Positions 55,440 to 64,000 of a stretch of DNA of 64,000 nt are shown piece by piece. Numbering within the stretch: position 1 is the first letter of the stretch; the number at the start of each line of letters is the position of its first letter. The stretch lies in IMG/VR virus record IMGVR_UViG_2896164284_000005, positions 1 to 64,000 of that record, one strand, 5' to 3'. The position numbers and the translations under genes were made by a program. Source of the stretch: a virus (lineage: Duplodnaviria; Caudoviricetes). The notes beneath the pieces were generated by a model that searched no databases, was not told the origin of the DNA, and saw only the letters and a list, made by a program, of their open reading frames with translations.

Positions 55440-58400
55440 TATAATTTCCCTACCTTAACTACTTGAGTATTACCATTCCAAACGGTAAGCGCGCGTGTAG
55501 AAGATGATAATTCAATACCACCTGAACTATCTCGTGCAATTAGCCTAAACCCACCGTTTGCATTGACTTCAAATAGTGTGCCGTAGCTACCATTCAATGA
55601 ACCAATTCTAATACTCCCAGCTGTCACACTTCCCAAATTCGCACTAATCGCAGACAAACTACTGATATTCAGCTTATCCGCAGTGAGCGACTTAGATACA
55701 ATATGACCGGCATTAACAGAGTTAGCCGACAAATGACGAGTAGCTATAGCTCCACTGGCTATTTCGTTTGCAGTGATAGTGTTCGCTGCTATTTGTTGGG
55801 CGGTAATGGTGTTAGTTACAATACTGCCACCGTGAATAGCCGTTACACCGCTATTAACCCACGCAGACGGTTGAGTGGTGTATTGGGTACATTCTTCGAG
55901 CATTGGGCGAGCAACATAGACATTAGGGTTAGCACCTGTCGTTGTACCACTACATCTGAAACGTAGAGATACACAACCACTCGCAGGACATTGGAATTTA
56001 ACCGCATATCTGCTCATTCCTTTAATCGTTTTTTGTGCTGAACCATTGACAATAGGCGTTGCACTACTTGCTACACCTTTCACATAAGCTGATCCGTCAG
56101 CACTATACTCTTCAACTAAGATATACCCTGTTTGAAAACGATAAATGTTAGCATAAATACTAAACATATACCATTGACCTGCATTTAAGAATACAGTTCT
56201 GTAAAGTGGATCAACCCAACCGACATTTGTTGCAGTTGCAACCGTAACAATTGTTTTAATCCGCACCTCATTGTCTAAAGCGTCATTCGGATACCAGTCA
56301 GCCACACCGTTCTTTTTAGTAAATTGGTTATTTACAGCGAAACTTGTACTTTTAGCACCAACACCCCAACCATAAGCATTGTTAGACAAAATCGCATTTT
56401 GTAGGAGATTACCACCCAAGCCAATAGCCAATTTGTCAGCACTAATTTGCCCTGCTTGCAAATGGTTAGCGTTAATCGCTCCTGCTTGAATTTTACCTGC
56501 TGTTACTGCATTAGCGCTTAATTTGTTAGCAGTTACCGCATTAGCTTGAATAGCGTTAGCGCCCACACTATTAACACTCAATTTCTCTGCGGTAATAGCA
56601 CCTGCAGAAATTTTAATCGCTGTAATGGCATTTGCCGCAATGTTATCCGCCACAACAGCATTGGTTGCCAATTTACCTGCAACAACAGCTCCAGACTGAA
56701 TTGCATTTGAACTAATAGCATTAGCTTGGATTTGGCTTGCCCCTACACTTCCAGATTGTAAGTGTGTAGCCCCAATTGCTCCAGCTTGTATTGCATTCGT
56801 ACCGATGCTATTAGCTGAAATCTGATTAGCAGAAATCGTACCGGTTAATTTTGTTGTAGGTATAGATGCCAATTGTGATACTGCAATTGTACCAGTAATC
56901 TTATTTGCGCTAATTCCTTGTAATTGACTGTCTGTCAATTGACCACTTAATTTACTGGTAGGAATGGTTGGCATATTTGTTAATGAGAGCGTACCAATGA
57001 CTTTAGTCGCATTAATAGACTGAATTTGTTCATCGGTCAGTTTACCGGCTAAATTGGAAGTCGGAATTGGTGCAAGTTGCTCCGGTTGAATAATACCTTT
57101 AATCTCATTGGCAAAGACGTCTCCACTATCTGCAACGTAAACCGTACCATTCCAGGTGTACAGTTTACCATCTGCAGTGTTGTGTACTTGGCGATAGCCC
57201 AAGAACGTGTTCACATCCAGTCCGGAAACGGTTTTTATCATTTCCAGTCCACGAGCAGGTGCGGCAGTATCGAAAACTTCATCGATGATATTTTTACTTA
57301 ACTCTTTATTGAGTTCTTCCAATTTCTCATCAAGATCGACCGCACTTTCGCCTTTAATGCCTTGCTCTTGATAGAATGGACCATTATTAATACCGCGCAC
57401 GTGGCGTAACCAGTAGTAACGGGTTTGTTGCGCACCAACCGAATGTGAATAGAGTTTACTCAGCACTTTAGCGACTTTGGTCGCGTTGGCAAAATTCGTA
57501 TCTTCACTGGCGAAGATTTCTGTGTAGGTGACATCATCCACCCAGTCCCACTCAATTGTAATTTCACCTAATCCACCACTTACAATAACACCGGTCGGCA
57601 CTGGCGGTTTATCAATGGTAAACGTAGTTGTCTTTTCACTAACCACTTGACCATTTTTATTTTTGGCGTAAATGACAACGGTATATTCGCCATTTGGCAA
57701 ATGCTCAAATGAAATATTAGGATCGGTCAATCCGCGACGGTACTCAAACAACTTGCCGTCTTTAGTAATACGCACATCAAACGTTACTTCACCATCACCA
57801 GAGCCAATATCCACGGTGACATATAATTTGCCGTCATAACCGGTTTTTGCGCCCACATCATTAATTTGTGGCGCTCGATAGGCGGTTTTCGTCGTCGGCA
57901 CAAAGTGCGCACTTTTGTCCACAATAGCTTCTTTTTGCGGCTCGTGTTGAAGTGCAGTAATAGTAAATGTGCCATCTTCATTTTCAGTCAATGAGATAGC
58001 TTTATACAAGCCTGATTTAACAGTTTCCGTAGTTAAAGCCCAAACACTGTACGCACCAAGATCAACTGGTGAACTTGCCAATGTTACGGTATTGCCACTT
58101 ACCGCTGTAATGCGAATTGTATTTTCTTTCGCTGAATTATTGATATAAGTCAAGAAACTATTGCCAGATAATTCAATTTCACGATCTAATGTAACATTGC
58201 TACCATTGACCGCAAGCACGCGGCCGCCAATATTCGTACCGGCGTAGTCATTATCGTTAACGCGAATAATATCACCCGGTAAGTGCATTAGACCTTCGCG
58301 ACCAACAGTGAATGTAATGGTTTCTTTTTCCAGTTTTTCTGTTTCGATGAGCCAACGTCCTGTACGGTGTGCTTGTCCGCGAGATGTACAACCAAAGGCA

Positions 58401-59689
58401 GTAATTTCCGTTAAATTTAAACCGTTTTTTGCAATAGATTCATCATCAGACACATACTCTACCGCACTTTGATAACCGTTAGTTTTATCTGCATAACTCA
58501 CTTTTACTGCGTTATGACGTGATTTCTTAGCAGAATAAGAGCGCTCAAATTTTCCGTCTTTAACATTAGCATTGGTATAAACCCAACTTGGATCGGTTGG
58601 ACGATCGATAATGGCTGAACACTCTCTTCCAGTCCAAACTGGAATAGCGCGGAAAATAGAACAAATGTTGTTAATGACTTTGTAAGCGTCGTCAATATCG
58701 GTAATCCAAGCATTACAAGTAAAGCGTGGTTCCTTGCCACCAAATCCATCATCCACCATAACATCACAATAACGTGCAATGTCATACAGCGTCCACTTGT
58801 CACAACTGAACGAGCCAAGCATATTGCCTAAGCCATAACGCGAATTAGTAATAACATCAAATAAAATCCACGCTGGATTATTCGTCCACGCAATTTTAAA
58901 AGTACCATCCCACATACCATCATAAGCACGTGTTTCAGGATCGTAATTGCTTGGCACTCGAACTTTAATCCCTTTTATCAGATAATTACGCGCGGGAATG
59001 CCGTTGAAATAGTCTGAATCAAAGCTTACCCCTGCTACAGCAGTATTAGGATAAGTAAATTCAGTGTCGATGATTTCAGTATAACTCGACCAAATTGTAC
59101 CGTTCTGCAACGTGTTCTTATTACTATCAGCTGTAACACGTTCAACGCTAATGTTAAACGGCACAGACGGCAAATTATCAATCACTAGCATTTCTAAATA
59201 TTGACTTGAATATTTGCCACTAATAGTGTGATCGTAAACTTGATCACCAACTTTGATTTGTAAATTAACAGATGTTGGATTTGTGTCACCTTGATTGTTC
59301 TGCTGATAAAGAGCCTTAACGCCGAGCGTGAAACGTAAACGCGTGATACGTTCATCTGTAATCGTGCGTACAATTGCGCCTGTGGCTTTCTTTACTTCAA
59401 CGCCAACATTAACTTCATTCTGTGATGATTCGTAACCTGATAATGTTCCTTGGTCCTGTGTACCAATATTTAATTCACCGCTCACGTTATTAAAGTTATA
59501 ACTATCATCCGCATTTTGTACTGGCGTATTATCTAAATAAATAGACTTCATACCATCAACAAGACCAGTAATTTCACCTTCTGAAATCACTTCAACAATG
59601 TTGACTATCTGTTTTGAACGACCCGTTTCAGGCGCTTCCACCGGTGTATGACCACCACCGCCACCGCCTTTTGCACCAAAAATTCTCAT
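55439..59689 (-). CDS. Host specificity protein J (prophage 2)
   Basis: Same motifs as 1589-5803. Confidence 0.95.
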   Translation of the reverse strand: MRIFGAKGGGGGGHTPVEAPETGRSKQIVNIVEVISEGEITGLVDGMKSIYLDNTPVQNADDSYNFNNVSGELNIGTQDQGTLSGYESSQNEVNVGVEVKKATGAIVRTITDERITRLRFTLGVKALYQQNNQGDTNPTSVNLQIKVGDQVYDHTISGKYSSQYLEMLVIDNLPSVPFNISVERVTADSNKNTLQNGTIWSSYTEIIDTEFTYPNTAVAGVSFDSDYFNGIPARNYLIKGIKVRVPSNYDPETRAYDGMWDGTFKIAWTNNPAWILFDVITNSRYGLGNMLGSFSCDKWTLYDIARYCDVMVDDGFGGKEPRFTCNAWITDIDDAYKVINNICSIFRAIPVWTGRECSAIIDRPTDPSWVYTNANVKDGKFERSYSAKKSRHNAVKVSYADKTNGYQSAVEYVSDDESIAKNGLNLTEITAFGCTSRGQAHRTGRWLIETEKLEKETITFTVGREGLMHLPGDIIRVNDNDYAGTNIGGRVLAVNGSNVTLDREIELSGNSFLTYINNSAKENTIRITAVSGNTVTLASSPVDLGAYSVWALTTETVKSGLYKAISLTENEDGTFTITALQHEPQKEAIVDKSAHFVPTTKTAYRAPQINDVGAKTGYDGKLYVTVDIGSGDGEVTFDVRITKDGKLFEYRRGLTDPNISFEHLPNGEYTVVIYAKNKNGQVVSEKTTTFTIDKPPVPTGVIVSGGLGEITIEWDWVDDVTYTEIFASEDTNFANATKVAKVLSKLYSHSVGAQQTRYYWLRHVRGINNGPFYQEQGIKGESAVDLDEKLEELNKELSKNIIDEVFDTAAPARGLEMIKTVSGLDVNTFLGYRQVHNTADGKLYTWNGTVYVADSGDVFANEIKGIIQPEQLAPIPTSNLAGKLTDEQIQSINATKVIGTLSLTNMPTIPTSKLSGQLTDSQLQGISANKITGTIAVSQLASIPTTKLTGTISANQISANSIGTNAIQAGAIGATHLQSGSVGASQIQANAISSNAIQSGAVVAGKLATNAVVADNIAANAITAIKISAGAITAEKLSVNSVGANAIQANAVTANKLSANAVTAGKIQAGAINANHLQAGQISADKLAIGLGGNLLQNAILSNNAYGWGVGAKSTSFAVNNQFTKKNGVADWYPNDALDNEVRIKTIVTVATATNVGWVDPLYRTVFLNAGQWYMFSIYANIYRFQTGYILVEEYSADGSAYVKGVASSATPIVNGSAQKTIKGMSRYAVKFQCPASGCVSLRFRCSGTTTGANPNVYVARPMLEECTQYTTQPSAWVNSGVTAIHGGSIVTNTITAQQIAANTITANEIASGAIATRHLSANSVNAGHIVSKSLTADKLNISSLSAISANLGSVTAGSIRIGSLNGSYGTLFEVNANGGFRLIARDSSGGIELSSSTRALTVWNGNTQVVKVGKL

Positions 59690-59704
59690 ACCATTTCCCT
59701 TTTA

Positions 59705-60337
59705 TTAATTTCTGCCTTTAAGTGCTGATTTCGTTGTATTTGCCGGTAAGTTTTCTTTTATTGTGACCGTTTCTACACCTTGTGAAATAATTAACGATCC
59801 TGTCCGAATCAATCCATAAGCCAATGGAACAGGTTTGCCTTGCGCCACGAGATTGTTTAAGTTGCTAAAGGCAGTAGATGATTTTTTCTCTTTTTCATCT
59901 CTCGCTGTATCAGCATTTGGCATTCTCGTAAGCATTTGCGATACACCACCTAACGTCATAGCAATACCCAATCCCATTACAGCACTTTTAGTAATTAATC
60001 CGCCTAATAAGCCAGCGCCTGGAATAAAAAACGACGCACCAATTAGTGCCACGCCTAAAATGGTCTGAAAAACGCCGCCACTTTTTGCTCCCTTTATAAC
60101 CGGCGTAAAATGGACGGTTTGACCATCTTTCAGGCAATAAAAAAGCCCTTTTTCAAGAGCTTCAGGATTTATATAATCTTTACCTATTCGTACTTTGTAA
60201 TAGCCTTGTTGTAGTACCTGGCGTAGTCCTTTGATTTGTGTGCATAAGGCACGAATAACTTCGGCGGTGTCTTTGACATCTAGTTCAAATTCTGTGCCAA
60301 ATTGTTTTAGCTTGCCATAAAATTTAACATTAACCAT
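59705..60337 (-). CDS. Tail assembly protein I
   Basis: Homolog of 5807-6436. Confidence 0.92.
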   Translation of the reverse strand: MVNVKFYGKLKQFGTEFELDVKDTAEVIRALCTQIKGLRQVLQQGYYKVRIGKDYINPEALEKGLFYCLKDGQTVHFTPVIKGAKSGGVFQTILGVALIGASFFIPGAGLLGGLITKSAVMGLGIAMTLGGVSQMLTRMPNADTARDEKEKKSSTAFSNLNNLVAQGKPVPLAYGLIRTGSLIISQGVETVTIKENLPANTTKSALKGRN

Positions 60338-60387
60338 TATATCCTCGCTTAAGCCGTATAAGCGTTGTTAAACGCGATAAAACCATA

Positions 60388-61125
60388 TCAATCTGTGACT
60401 GCTAAATCATTTAAAATGCCGTTAAAATCTAAATTAGCGGCGTTTTTATGTCGCCAAATCGAATGCGTATGCTTTAACCAGTAGCCATTATAAAGATCGC
60501 GTTTCGATAAGCGGTTTGGACTATGATGTAATACCATTTGATCGCCCAAATAGATAGCTGCATGATTAGGTACATCTGCCGCAATTTGAATTAAAATCAC
60601 ATCGCCTAATTGTGGATCTTCTACTCGCACAAATCCTTGACCTTGGATGTTGTCTAAATACAGATTTTCGCCGTTATCCCACCAGTCATTAGTACGCTCA
60701 AATTCGTCCATTTCGTAACCTGCCAACATATAGGCATCACGGTAGAGTGTGTAGCAATCCATTATGCCGTGATCGAACTCACGACCTAGTAAGTGCGGTA
60801 CGTTTCTGAATTTTTTTAAGCTTTGAGTTTTATTGTGTACCAACCACCACTCTAACCCTGTTTGAACTTGCATTTGTCTATCTTGCGTAGAAAGCACAGC
60901 TGAACCATTGAGTTCTGGATGAGAATGAACAATCGCCACAATTTGACCGCACTTTTCCGCGCGAAGATAATCTTCGTCAGAAATTTCAAAATATTCAGTC
61001 GGATCTATCGCTTGATTTTCACAAATAATAAATTGATTTTCTTTACCGTCAAAAACAACAAAACCGCAAATTTCTTGCGGTTCGTGTTTTAGGGCATAGT
61101 CGATAATTTGGTGTTCGATTTTCAT
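60388..61125 (-). CDS. Tail assembly protein K
   Basis: JAB + NlpC/P60 motifs. Confidence 0.93.
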   Translation of the reverse strand: MKIEHQIIDYALKHEPQEICGFVVFDGKENQFIICENQAIDPTEYFEISDEDYLRAEKCGQIVAIVHSHPELNGSAVLSTQDRQMQVQTGLEWWLVHNKTQSLKKFRNVPHLLGREFDHGIMDCYTLYRDAYMLAGYEMDEFERTNDWWDNGENLYLDNIQGQGFVRVEDPQLGDVILIQIAADVPNHAAIYLGDQMVLHHSPNRLSKRDLYNGYWLKHTHSIWRHKNAANLDFNGILNDLAVTD

Positions 61126-61619
61126 TTTAGTTCCTTTATAAAATCTTTGATAAATCGAATATTTTCTTGCCGAGTTTTCTCATAAAGGATAGAAAGATTT
61201 TCTTCAGACTCTTTTTTGCATACGTTAATTGGATAAGTCAAGGCAGCTTGATACACATTATAAATCCAACTAATGACTTTCCCATTATGAATAAGTAAAG
61301 CATCTGTTTTATGTCCATCATAATTATTCGTTTCCCACGTACAAATTACGTAGCCTTTAATTGCTTGTTCCTTGCCAACTGTTGCCCAATAAGCAGGATT
61401 TAATGGTACAACAAAACCATAATCTCCGGCTTTTTGTTCATACATTTGAGGTGCACTGGTGCGAATGTATTGTATCGGTGTAATGTCGCGCTTACCTTGA
61501 TAAAATTGCTGAGCAATTTGCTGATAATGACTAGGATAGCTACCGTAATCTTGGGTTATAGGTTGAGTGCTACAAGCAGAGACCATGGATGCAATGAATA
61601 AAGAAAAGAAAGCTTTCAT
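61122..61619 (-). CDS. Lipoprotein moron
   Basis: Lipobox VSAC; DYG.YP motif; lies between L and K. Confidence 0.75.
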   Translation of the reverse strand: MKAFFSLFIASMVSACSTQPITQDYGSYPSHYQQIAQQFYQGKRDITPIQYIRTSAPQMYEQKAGDYGFVVPLNPAYWATVGKEQAIKGYVICTWETNNYDGHKTDALLIHNGKVISWIYNVYQAALTYPINVCKKESEENLSILYEKTRQENIRFIKDFIKELK

Positions 61620-61651
61620 ATTTAATCTCTCTTTATGGAATTTTTTTCATT

Positions 61652-62368
61652 CTACCCCAATTTATTCACACTCACAAATGCCCCGAAGTTGCGTTGATTG
61701 CCGCGAAGTGTACAGCCTTGTAAACAGTGACTGCATTTATCTTCTTTAATCTCTACGGTCGGGTTGTCTTTATCCGTGAAATAACGCGTACCTGTATAAC
61801 CGCATTCACTTGAGCGATATATCCAAGTGCAGGTATCCGCCATAATGACACGGCAAGGAATTTTGGCATTATCTGTTTCAGCCGGCAATGCAAGGGTAAA
61901 TGTGGCGGCTTCCTTGTTTAAAGATGACAGTTGTTCAATGAAAAAACAGCTGACAACCTCCTGATTTGGATCGGCATTTTTGTTACCATTGATGAAATTT
62001 ACCGCATCAAGATATTTGGCATAAACCTGATGACGTCGAACAATCGCCCCCACACACTCTTCGTATTGGTTGGCAATACCTGTCACTAAGCCGAATAAAT
62101 TCGACAATGTTAATGTTGGGCGGTTGCTCGGGCCGCTACCGCTTTTTTCAAAACCACTGGCTTTGACCGGATAAGCGGAATAGGTTTTCCCTTGCCATAC
62201 TAAATCGTTTTTCAGTGCATTTTTACCACTATAAAAGCGATAAATATCGCCTTTTTCACCAAGATTATTCTTGAGATGGCGCATATCAATTTCAAACAGA
62301 TCTAATAATGCGTCTTGTTGTAATTGCGATAAATCAAGTTTTAATTGATTTGATATGCTGATTGTCAT
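61652..62368 (-). CDS. Minor tail protein L
   Basis: Homolog of 7488-8204. Confidence 0.93.
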   Translation of the reverse strand: MTISISNQLKLDLSQLQQDALLDLFEIDMRHLKNNLGEKGDIYRFYSGKNALKNDLVWQGKTYSAYPVKASGFEKSGSGPSNRPTLTLSNLFGLVTGIANQYEECVGAIVRRHQVYAKYLDAVNFINGNKNADPNQEVVSCFFIEQLSSLNKEAATFTLALPAETDNAKIPCRVIMADTCTWIYRSSECGYTGTRYFTDKDNPTVEIKEDKCSHCLQGCTLRGNQRNFGAFVSVNKLG

Positions 62369-62691
62369 AACGTTTCCTTGAGCGTAAGGGTAAATTCAGT
62401 ATATTCCAGTCCGTTTTTAGCCGGCCACTGCAAACACCGCACTTTTTTCTGTGTCTGAGTATAAGGATCGTTATATAAAAATGGCGTAACTGCATTGTGT
62501 TTAGCTAAAAACGCATCCACTTTTAACGCTTCTTCATTTTTCACTTTTACGACAACAGTATATTCACGCAATAAACTATTCAATCCTTTTGGCGCACTTT
62601 GATTATAACCATCACCAAAATCTACTGAGTAAATTTCAGGCTTATTACTAATGTCACCATCAGGGCGGACGCACCATTTAAATGTTTCCAT
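62365..62691 (-). CDS. Minor tail protein M
   Basis: METFKW, FGDGY.Q..P.GLN. Confidence 0.9.
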   Translation of the reverse strand: METFKWCVRPDGDISNKPEIYSVDFGDGYNQSAPKGLNSLLREYTVVVKVKNEEALKVDAFLAKHNAVTPFLYNDPYTQTQKKVRCLQWPAKNGLEYTEFTLTLKETL

Positions 62692-62761
62692 AATTGTATC
62701 TTACCTATTTACAAATCAACTAATTCGATGTATCTTTATGCTATACAAAGGAGAAAGACAA

Positions 62762-62983
62762 ATGATCTTATCTTTCAAGCATAAAGGACTTGAGCAATTT
62801 TTTCTGACAGGTTCTACAGCTGGTATTCAAGTTAAACACGCCACTAAATTGAACTTGTTGCTACACCCTTTAAAGGGAAATTTAATTAATCACTGGTCTG
62901 TTAAAGTCAATGGAAATTGGCGGTTAACATTTAAATTTGAAAGTGGTCATGCTGAAGTGGTTGATTATCAAGATTATCATTAG
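62762..62983 (+). CDS. higB: HigB toxin, apparently internally deleted (73 aa)
   Basis: MILSFKHKGL..F and LHPLKG..WSVKVNGNWRLTF..DYH; central segment appears missing. Confidence 0.75.
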   Translation: MILSFKHKGLEQFFLTGSTAGIQVKHATKLNLLLHPLKGNLINHWSVKVNGNWRLTFKFESGHAEVVDYQDYH

Positions 62984-62994
62984 GAGTTTATATA

Positions 62995-63273
62995 ATGAAA
63001 ATGTACAATCCATCTCATCCGGGTTTAATCCTGCGTGAGTACATCGACGGAATGAAAGTAACCGATATTGCTCACCGTTTAGGGGTAAGCCGCGTTGCGC
63101 TTTCTCGTGTATTAAATGGAAAATCCGCTATTTCGCCTGAAATGGCACTTCGTTTAAGCCAATTATTACCAAACACATCAGCTGATTTTTGGTTAAAAAT
63201 GCAATCTGCGTATGATTTATGGCAAGTCGAACAGCGTACACATTTTTCTATCGAACCATTGATATTAGCTTAA
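62995..63273 (+). CDS. higA: HigA antitoxin
   Basis: HPG..HTH; downstream of higB. Confidence 0.9.
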   Translation: MKMYNPSHPGLILREYIDGMKVTDIAHRLGVSRVALSRVLNGKSAISPEMALRLSQLLPNTSADFWLKMQSAYDLWQVEQRTHFSIEPLILA

Positions 63274-63309
63274 TAAAGAAAACCCTGCCAAATAGACAGG
63301 GTTGATTGA

Positions 63310-64000
63310 TTAAGCAAATACGCCACCAGCACGGAAATTGTTTTGAATCGCGTTGTTGGTTTCTTTTCTTGCGATTCGTTGCATAAGCTCTACAGTAATT
63401 TCCAACTCATTACCATTTTGCTTAGTAGAGACATCTGCTTGCGTAGGTTCGCCATTGTTAATGACTTTTACCGACACATTGCCAGTTGTCCCGCTTTGGA
63501 CTGACTTAGCATAACTAGTCACATTACCAACCGCGCCACCATTCGCAAAACCGCGTGTTGTGCCATAGTTGAGATAATTCAGGTAATTCAATCCTATACG
63601 TGATGTTGCTTCTTTGGTTAACACATACTCGCCTTTATGGACAATACCGGCAGGAGTGTACTTACCGCCAAAACCAGTAAAGCCACCATCATCAAATCCA
63701 ACTAAACCGCCTTTGGCATAGCCGCCTACATACCCACCATCAGCAAAACCAAATCCCATAGCTGACATACCTTGTTTAATTGCATTAAACAACATCATTT
63801 TAATGATCATCTTTGATATATCAGAGATGATAGATGTCGCTAGGGATCTAAAATCTGCTTTGCCTGTCATTACTAAATCTGTAATAGCACTAGACATTCC
63901 ATCAAAAGCAGATACGGTGATATTTGATATGTTACCTGCAACATTCGTTACATCCGCTTCAATCTGTGACATACCCTCTTTCACACCATTGATAGCATTA
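63310..64000 (-). CDS. Tape measure protein, C-terminal part (lambda-type)
   Basis: TGKADFRSLA.SI, GGKYTPAGIVHKGEYV; runs off the window edge. Confidence 0.9.
   Translation of the reverse strand, partial: NAINGVKEGMSQIEADVTNVAGNISNITVSAFDGMSSAITDLVMTGKADFRSLATSIISDISKMIIKMMLFNAIKQGMSAMGFGFADGGYVGGYAKGGLVGFDDGGFTGFGGKYTPAGIVHKGEYVLTKEATSRIGLNYLNYLNYGTTRGFANGGAVGNVTSYAKSVQSGTTGNVSVKVINNGEPTQADVSTKQNGNELEITVELMQRIARKETNNAIQNNFRAGGVFA

Larger units (their letters stand above)
52900..64000. mobile_element. Prophage 2 (tail end; continues beyond window)
   Basis: Second TMP-M-L-K-I-J series in the same orientation. Confidence 0.92.

Overview
The window is entirely prophage DNA from a Pasteurellaceae-like host (AT-rich; scattered AAGTGCGGT/ACAAGCGGT uptake-type motifs). 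Positions 1 to ~52,900 hold an almost complete lambdoid siphovirus prophage. Its minus strand carries the tail, head, packaging, lysis, Q/nin, O/P, cII and cro genes. Its plus strand carries cI, the pL arm with recombination genes, a C5 methylase, xis and int. An IS481-family element follows int, then an attP-like junction and the tail end of a second, related prophage (53,039-64,000) in tandem. The most striking feature is in the MuF head protein, which carries a 378-aa intein (21115-22248). The intein centre has no recognisable endonuclease in its own frame. Instead the opposite strand encodes a 3xHTH + Vsr/DUF559-like nuclease that spans almost exactly the intein, with a perfect extended -10 promoter written into the intein's terminal codons. 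Other points of interest: a LAGLIDADG intein at the catalytic Cys of the methylase plus a nested alternative-frame ORF; a MuF toxin/immunity/HD-hydrolase cassette; an Ibs-like type I toxin; an Abi/HEPN gene with a structured RNA candidate; a c4-type antisense switch; long-range RNA stems in the pL leader; and tail-module exchange with TA-gene loss between the two prophages. All family assignments come from motif recognition by eye, not database searches.
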